From Jimgerdemannia flammicorona (lineage: Eukaryota), in NCBI GenBank assembly GCA_003990765.1, contig RBNJ01000345.1, positions 1-32,477 of the forward strand: DNA of 32,477 bases. Reading direction: 5' to 3'. Positions 26,344 through 32,477 of this stretch are shown here, in pieces. The position numbers were made by a program, and so were the translations under genes. The notes under the pieces were generated by a model. It had not been told where the DNA came from. It did no database searches and saw nothing but the letters and a program-made list of their open reading frames with translations. Each line of letters starts with the position of its first letter. Within the stretch, counting starts at the first letter, position 1.

Positions 26344-27299
26344 ATGAGCTACAAAGAGTCAGCCTACTAGTCAGACCCCTCTGCTACAGAAGAAGCAGGA
26401 GGATAGCAACTTGGCATAGAAGATATGATCAATACTATGGCTCACCAAATTCAAGAACTTCAAGTACAACTAGAACAGCAGAAAACACAAACTACAGGAA
26501 CATTATATCCTACCATAGTACTAGTTAGTTTTAAGTTACTCAAGCTAGATACCTTTGACAGCCATCAAGGAGGACTATCTATAGATGCATGGACCTTTCA
26601 ATTAGACCAATACTTTGAACTTATAAGAATGAAAGATAACATGCAAGTCCAATTTTCCACCACACTTCTCTGAGGAAATGTAGCCATCTGGTGACACAAT
26701 CATATCATAGTTATATCTGTACACTTATATGCATAAATCAGAGATTGGAAAGCTTTCAAGAGAGCCCTTCACAAGCAGTTCAAGCCTGCTAATGCCACCA
26801 AGCTAGCCATAGACAAGCTAGTGAACATCAAGCAACTCAAAATGCACAATTCTTATCAATCCAACTTGAGCTACCAGTGGTATCTGAGGATGAAAAGATA
26901 GACTGCTATATCCAAGATTTGAAGGGAAACACACAAGTTAAGGTCAAGCTAGAAGAGCCCAAAACTCTTGATAAAGCCATGAGAATCACCAATAGATTTG
27001 ATATCATCATTTTTAGCAACCACTTTGAGCCAGAACACTACAAGAAGAACCACTTCAAGAACTGCCACAGAAACCAACTAAGGACAGTTGGTCTGACACT
27101 AATAGACTTAGACACTATGAACAAAAAGAATACCAAGCTCACCTCTGAAGAAAAGGACTGTCTGAAGAAATCCGGAGTCTGTTTCTTCTGTCACCAAATA
27201 GGACACATTGTAACAAAATGTCCTAGGAAGACTAGCAAACCCTCAAGACCAGTCACCATGTTGTCCAAGGATACACCTGTCAATCCCACTACTAGTTAA
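26344..27299 (+). pseudogene. gag: gag of element B
   Basis: LDTFDSH..IDAWTFQLDQYF, EDEKIDCYIQDLK, LIDLD, knuckle CFFCHQIGHIVTKC. Confidence 0.88.
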
Positions 27300-27305
27300 C
27301 TTGAG

Positions 27306-27716
27306 CTCAAGGTCAAGAAGCTTCATCTGAAGGCCCAGATTCCTTAATATCAAACAGAAGAAGCCATTGGTCTTAACCTACATTCAGTTAAACAAGTTAC
27401 TATTCCAGCCAAGGGTCATACTCTAGTGCCTACTAGAATTGCAGTTCAATGCCCTGAAGGACATTATGCTAGAATTGCACTATGATCAGGACTTAGTGTT
27501 AAACATCATTTAGATGTAGATGCTGGTATCATTGACCCAGACTTTCAAGGACAAGTTCAAGTTTTGCTTGTCAACCAGAAGGATCAAGACTATACAGTTA
27601 AAGAAGGAGACCAAGTTGCACAAATGATCCTAGAAAAAGTCAGTTAACTCAAGATTACAGAAGTCCAAGAACTCCCTAAAACTAAACAAGATCAAAAGGG
27701 TTTTAGCAGGACTGAT
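27306..27716 (+). pseudogene. dut: dUTPase domain of element B (between gag and PR)
   Basis: LKVKKLHLKAQIP*YQTEEAIGLNL..IAL*SGLS..AGIIDPDFQGQV..GDQVAQMI..QDQKGFSRTD. Confidence 0.92.
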
Positions 27717-27749
27717 CAAGCAGCAAGTCTTAGTGAAAATTGAGCTCAA

Positions 27750-30719
27750 GCTATGCTCATTTTCAAAGGCCTAGTTAAAGGAAAAGAAGTTCAAGTACTT
27801 ATAGACAGCAGAGCTGCAGGAAACTTCATCAATCAGAATCTCATCAAAAGTCTCAAGATTCTCACCAAGCATACCCAAAAACAATAGTATAGTCACTATA
27901 GATAGTACTCTATACTCCATTGAGTCAATTGCTGCCAAACTACCCATCAAGATCCAGAAATATTGGGAGTAAATAGACTTCAAGGTTATTCTACTGGGAG
28001 ATCATAACCTGATCTTAGGAAAACCCTGGCTTATGAAACATAACCCAGATATTGATGAATGTAAGAATGAAGTTACCCTACTTCAAAATGGAGTCAACAT
28101 TACAATCAAGACAGACAAGACTATAAGTAAGACCCAGATTGCAATATTGTTAGCTATATAGTACAAAAAAGTACTCAAGAACCCTTGATTGATCAAATAT
28201 TTGATACTCTCAAGAATGCCAAGTACTTCACTAAGTTAGACCTCATGTCAGAATATCACCAGATTTGAATCAAGTCAGAAGACATTCTTAAGACTACATT
28301 CATGACCCCCTTTGAACTCTACGAATTCCTGATCTTAGTATTTGGTCTCATCAATATACCTACCACATTCTAGACCCTGATGTACAAGATATTCAAGAAC
28401 CAACTATTTATTTTTCTGTTGGTATATCTTGACAACATTCTGATCTTTAGTGCAACTAAAGAAGAACACCTCAAACACATTCAAATAATCCTAGAGATCC
28501 TGCAAAAATACAAGCTTTATGCTAAGCTCAAGAAGTGTAAATTCTTTAAGAAACAAGTTGAATACCTTGGCCACATTATCTCTGCATAAGGAATTCAAGT
28601 AGACCTATACAAAATAGAAGTAATTAAAGAATAGCCCATTCTATCAAACCTCACAGAACTTCAATCCTTCCTTGGTCTAGCTGACTATTACTGTTGCTTT
28701 ATCAGAAACTTCTCTGGCATTGCTGAGCCACTGACTAACCTCATGAGGAAGGCCCTGCACTCAGACCACTATGTACCCTACACCTGGGATCTCTTCTGTC
28801 AACAAGCCTTTCAAGAACTCAAGAATTGCCTGACTCATACTCCAGTCCTATATAATGCAGATCAAGGCCTAAAATTCACAGTTACTACTGATGTATTGAA
28901 TTTTGCCATTGGAGCAGTTCTGTTATAAGATGATGGCAAAGAATATTGCTCTATTGCTTTTAAGTCCCACAAGCTGGCCCTAGCTGAACAAAAGCTAGCT
29001 ACTCATGAGAAGGAACTACTAGCAATAATATATACACTAGACTACTGGTAATGCTATCTAGAAGGTATTGAGTTTGATGTTATTACTGATCATCAATCCC
29101 TCAAGTATATCAACACCCAACCTACTCTGTTACATCTACAAGCCAAGTGGAGCCTCAAGCTTCAAACCTTCAACCCAATGATCATCTATAAGTTCAGCAA
29201 GACACTTGTAGTACTAGATGCCTTATCAAGATACCCAGACCTTGCTACAATCATGCAAGTTACCTTGGTATCAGAATTTCTAGACCAAATCAGATAAGCT
29301 TATAAAGAAGGCACAGTTGCCACTAGAGTTTTCTTGAATGAACTCAAGGATATATATACTGTCAAGAACAATCTGATCTATCATCAAGACCAAGTCTATC
29401 TACCTGAAAACATGAACCTATGCTACAAGGTTTTGCAAGAACACTATGACTTCTCTCTTACTGGTTATCTAGGAATTGAGAAGACTGTCAAGAACATCCA
29501 ACACTGCTACTATTGGCCAAACATGGTCAAGGAAATCAAGAACTATATTACCAGCTGTGATCTATGTCAGCATAACAAGTCTACCAATCAAGTGTCTACT
29601 GGTTTGCTATAACCACTGTCAATTTCTACCAAGAAGTTTGAGTAAGTCACTATGGACTTTGTAACTCAACTACTATGAACTCAATCTGATGCTAATGCTA
29701 TTGTCATATTCATTGACTGCCTAACTAAGACTATGGTTACTGAACTAATCACTACCAATGCTACTATACCCAAGATTTCAAGAATCTTCTTCAAGTCCAT
29801 CTTCCATTACTATGGTCTACTACAAGTAATTGTTAGCAATTGTGACCCCAAATTCACCAGTCACTTCTGGCAAACTCTCTTCAAGACTCTGAAAACCCAA
29901 TTGGCTATATCTACTGCCTTTCACCCACAAACTGATGGACAAACTGAGTACATGAACAGAACTCTAGAACAAATACTTAGAAACTATGTTTCTTACAAGC
30001 AAGATGATTGGGACATCTATCTGACTTATGTGGAGTTTGCATACAATAATGCTGTCCAATCATCTACTGGTCTTTTCCCTTTCCAGTTACTCCACGATTA
30101 AGATTCTGAGACCCCTGCAAGTCTATTCCCTTTCAAGAAAACCAGTCAAATACAAGTCTCAACTACCAAGAACCTTACAGATAAAATAGATGAACTACTC
30201 AAGATTGCTACTGTGAATCTTCAGAAGGCTCAATAGTATTAAGCCAAGTATACTGATAAGAAATGTCATAATGTTACTTATACTATTGGAGATCAAGTCC
30301 TACTGTCTACTGAGAATCTCAAGATACAATCTCAAGTCAACTGCCCTTCAAATAAGTTCCAACCTAAGTATATTGGACCTTTTGAGATCACTGAACAAGT
30401 CTCTGTATCCTCCTACTGCCTCAAGCTACCTGAAACCATGAGAGTATACCCAGTCTTTCATGTGTCACACCTCAAGACCTGGAACTAGTCACCACCCTAC
30501 TCTGGTCAAATTCCTAAGCCTTCTGCCCCTATGATTATTGAAGACTATATTGAGTATGAAGCTGAGAAAATCCTTGACAAATGAATCCACTACTGCCATC
30601 CTGAATACCTAGTTAAGTAGATGGGTTATCCTAAATATGATGCTACCTAAGAACTACTGGTCAACCTCAAGAACTCTCAAGATCTAGTTCAAGACTTTGA
30701 GATAAAATACATTACCTAA
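27750..30719 (+). pseudogene. pol: pol of element B (PR, RT with internal deletion, RNase H, integrase, chromodomain)
   Basis: VLIDSRAAGNFI, LILGKPWL, FTKLDL, VYLDNILIFS, SFLGLADYY, EKELLAI, YYWPNM..CDLCQ, STAFHPQTDGQTE, KYIGPF, chromodomain EYEAEKIL..YLVK*MGY (30552-30701). Confidence 0.93.
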
Positions 30720-30754
30720 TCTCTGTAGTGACTTTCTTGGATTATTGATGACCT

Positions 30755-31018
30755 ATGGTAATAACTAGTGCCTTATACATCAGAAGTTTACTTTGGGACC
30801 CCAGAATTAGCAGAACATTTAATGAACAAGAAGTCCACCAAAATGAAGCTACTAGCTGAGTTCAAACCCCTCTCAGTTGGTTAGTCTGATAATAGGCCCT
30901 CTATCCTATATGAGGATGGCTAATCCCTATCAATATACCAATTCAAGTTTGAGAAATTTTGGTTAAGTATATCTAGTTTTGTGTTACTTAAGAACTCAAT
31001 GAGGACATTGGTTCTTAA
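30755..31018 (+). pseudogene. Small accessory ORF between chromodomain and PPT (element B), 87 codons plus stop
   Basis: MVITSALYIRSYFGTPELAEHLMNKKSTKMKLLAEFKPLSVG*SDNRPSILYEDG*SLSIYQFKFEKFLVKYI*FCVT*ELNEDIGS*. Internal stops are TAG/TAA, the type C-to-T decay produces. Similar to 19652-19958. Confidence 0.5.
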
Positions 31019-31029
31019 GGAGGGAGGGA
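31017..31029 (+). other. Polypurine tract of element B
   Basis: AAGGAGGGAGGGA immediately before the 3' LTR. Confidence 0.9.
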
Positions 31030-31493
31030 TGTAACAATTTCACAGTCATATTTAGTTTTAGTACATTTTTACATCTTTTAGTTAGTCTTTTCTGGTCATT
31101 TCTTAAACATTCTACTATGTTCTGTCACCTTCTACTTACTTAGAAACCTTCTCTCAGTGCCCAGACACTACTAGAACATTCTTGTCTTTTCTTGGTACCA
31201 AGCATTTTGTCTTAACTAGTCATGGAATCTTTTGGAACATTGTAGAATAGTATTAGTCAGCTCTACTGAGAATCTATTTCTTGGTATTTCTCTTTCTTTC
31301 CAAGATTCTTCTAGATCTTTTTTTCAGATTATATATAAATATCCTTGTTTTTTGTCTGAATAAAGCTCAGAATATTTTCTCCCAGAAATCTTCTAAGAAT
31401 ACTTGAATCTTTAAGTAACTCTTCAAGCTACTTTAGGCCAACTAGAACTTCCAGATTTAGCTACTTTCTCTTAAAGAAACTAGAACCATTACA
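31030..31493 (+). repeat. 3' LTR of element B
   Basis: Direct repeat of 25800-26253 with 10 extra bp near 31381. Confidence 0.95.
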
Positions 31494-31498
31494 AAGAG

Positions 31499-32463
31499 AC
31501 TTAGAGTAGAATGTTCAAAACCATAGGGGCTTTATCCTTATCCAAGGTCAGGATATCTTCAAAGGAGATGAGGTCTGCAAATTCATCATCATTGCATAGG
31601 TTACACATTTTGCATATATCATGCAGGATAATATCATTGCTGATGATGTCATTACATTTGATGGCAGTGGGAACAAGGAGGTCTGAAGCTCTCTAGTCTA
31701 TGAGGTTCTCTTCTATGAAATAGGGGACAAATGTAGAGTCTTAAAGAGGTCTAACCTAGATGCTTGGGTCTTAGAATACTGAGATCAATTCTTACAGGAA
31801 TTGGTCTGGGTTGTCCTAGAGGATGGGATGCCAGAAGTCTTCTACTTCATCACTATTGAGAATGATAGTAGACTGGGCTTCTGTAGCCACCCTGGCTTTT
31901 AGTATATTGATATAGTGGGCTGACAGATCTCTGAAATCTGAGACTCTAACATACTCCAAGTTGGGGATCAACTATAATGTATGCCTAAAGATCTGGTGAA
32001 TCTTCTTAGCTGTCCTTATCTCATATATATCTATGGGAGTGGCATCTTGTAACTCTTGAGGGCTGGTCTGTGGAAACTCTCAGTAGAGGAGGTTTTCTAT
32101 TTTATACTTCTGCTATATTTGGAGGTATTCAGTAGCAATAGTGATCCTTATTTCCATTTCATAGTAGTAGAGAATATAATGATAAGAGTCACTAGTACCC
32201 AGGTTGACACTAGGAGTTCTTTTTGTATAGGTCCTCATGGCTCTTCTGATATTTTGGAACATTCTTTCTTCAACTGAGATACCTTAGTGGTTTCTTGACC
32301 TTGAGGTTTGGTAAGTAGCAGGCATTTTATTTATAGTAAGTCTTTGAGCTATTTTGAGATTGGTAGATCTTATTAAGTTGCTGCTACTGCAGTTCCTTGA
32401 TCCTTCTTTTATATTCCTCAAGATATCTATACTGTGGTCACAATGACTCACAGTTGGTCATCA
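31499..32463 (-). repeat. 5' LTR of element A, part 2 (contains the second copy of the LTR ORF, ~31501-32451)
   Basis: Colinear with 18544-19500. Similarity stops at a poly(T) run (32464-32477). Confidence 0.92.
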
Positions 32464-32477
32464 TTTTTTTTTTTTTT

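Larger units (their letters stand above)
25800..31493 (+). mobile_element. Ty3/gypsy chromovirus B with dUTPase between gag and PR, inserted in the LTR of element A
   Basis: TG..CA LTRs 25800-26253 and 31030-31493, 5-bp TSD AAGGG (25795-25799)/AAGAG (31494-31498), PBS, PPT, and gag-dUT-PR-RT-RH-IN-chromodomain order. Confidence 0.95.
18055..32463 (-). mobile_element. Ty3/gypsy LTR retrotransposon A (no chromodomain seen; dUTPase between PR and RT; ~1.55-kb LTRs); 5' LTR interrupted by element B and running off the window
   Basis: LTR copies at 18055-19605 and 25309-25799 + 31499-32463. PBS-like 25305-25288, PPT 19615-19606, and gag-PR-dUT-RT-RH-IN order on the minus strand. Confidence 0.92.

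Noticed and set aside
30858..30870. tRNA or Pol III B-box (GAGTTCAAACCC; also 19823-19813 on the minus strand)
   Set aside because: No cloverleaf or A-box at the right spacing could be built. The sequence fits the EFKP codons of the shared ORF.
12000..32463. Alternative genetic code or stop-codon readthrough explaining in-frame stops (including gag ends at 23933 and 27297)
   Set aside because: Stops coincide with expected W/Q/R codons and come with frameshifts and destroyed catalytic residues. The host genes use the standard code.
25309..32463. Tandem second copy of element A sharing a short LTR
   Set aside because: No PPT or CA terminus is visible within 18300-18545, whereas both occur at 19605-19615, favouring one long LTR. 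Not fully provable because the window ends before the right LTR does.

Overview
Eukaryotic, most likely fungal, genomic DNA. An early-diverging (Mucoromycota-like) lineage is my inference from gene and TE style, not something proven here. A GC-rich, CpG-normal island (~4765-11427) carries two intron-rich host genes, LETM1/MDM38 (5696-8882, +) and VPS72/YL1 (9139-11162, +), plus a possible third, truncated minus-strand gene. The island is bounded on each side by the 3' (right) end of a decayed Fanzor2/IS607-type TnpB element, and the two elements converge on it (3526-4764 +; 11428-18054 -, split by insertions). Their ends share a hairpin, a 31-nt block and a terminal CCATCCG, which suggests a conserved omegaRNA/end module. 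The rest is nested, C-to-T-riddled, almost CpG-free TE DNA: an L1/Tx1-like LINE (~12000-17790) inserted in the second Fanzor, a minus-strand Ty3/gypsy element with ~1.55-kb LTRs that contain an ORF, and a plus-strand chromovirus (25800-31493) inserted in that element's LTR. Both gypsy elements carry closely related dUTPases at different pol positions and an apparently homologous ~90-100-aa ORF just before the PPT. A CpG-retaining, probably younger hAT transposon occupies 1-1153. All calls come from manual translation and alignment; boundaries marked ~ are approximate.
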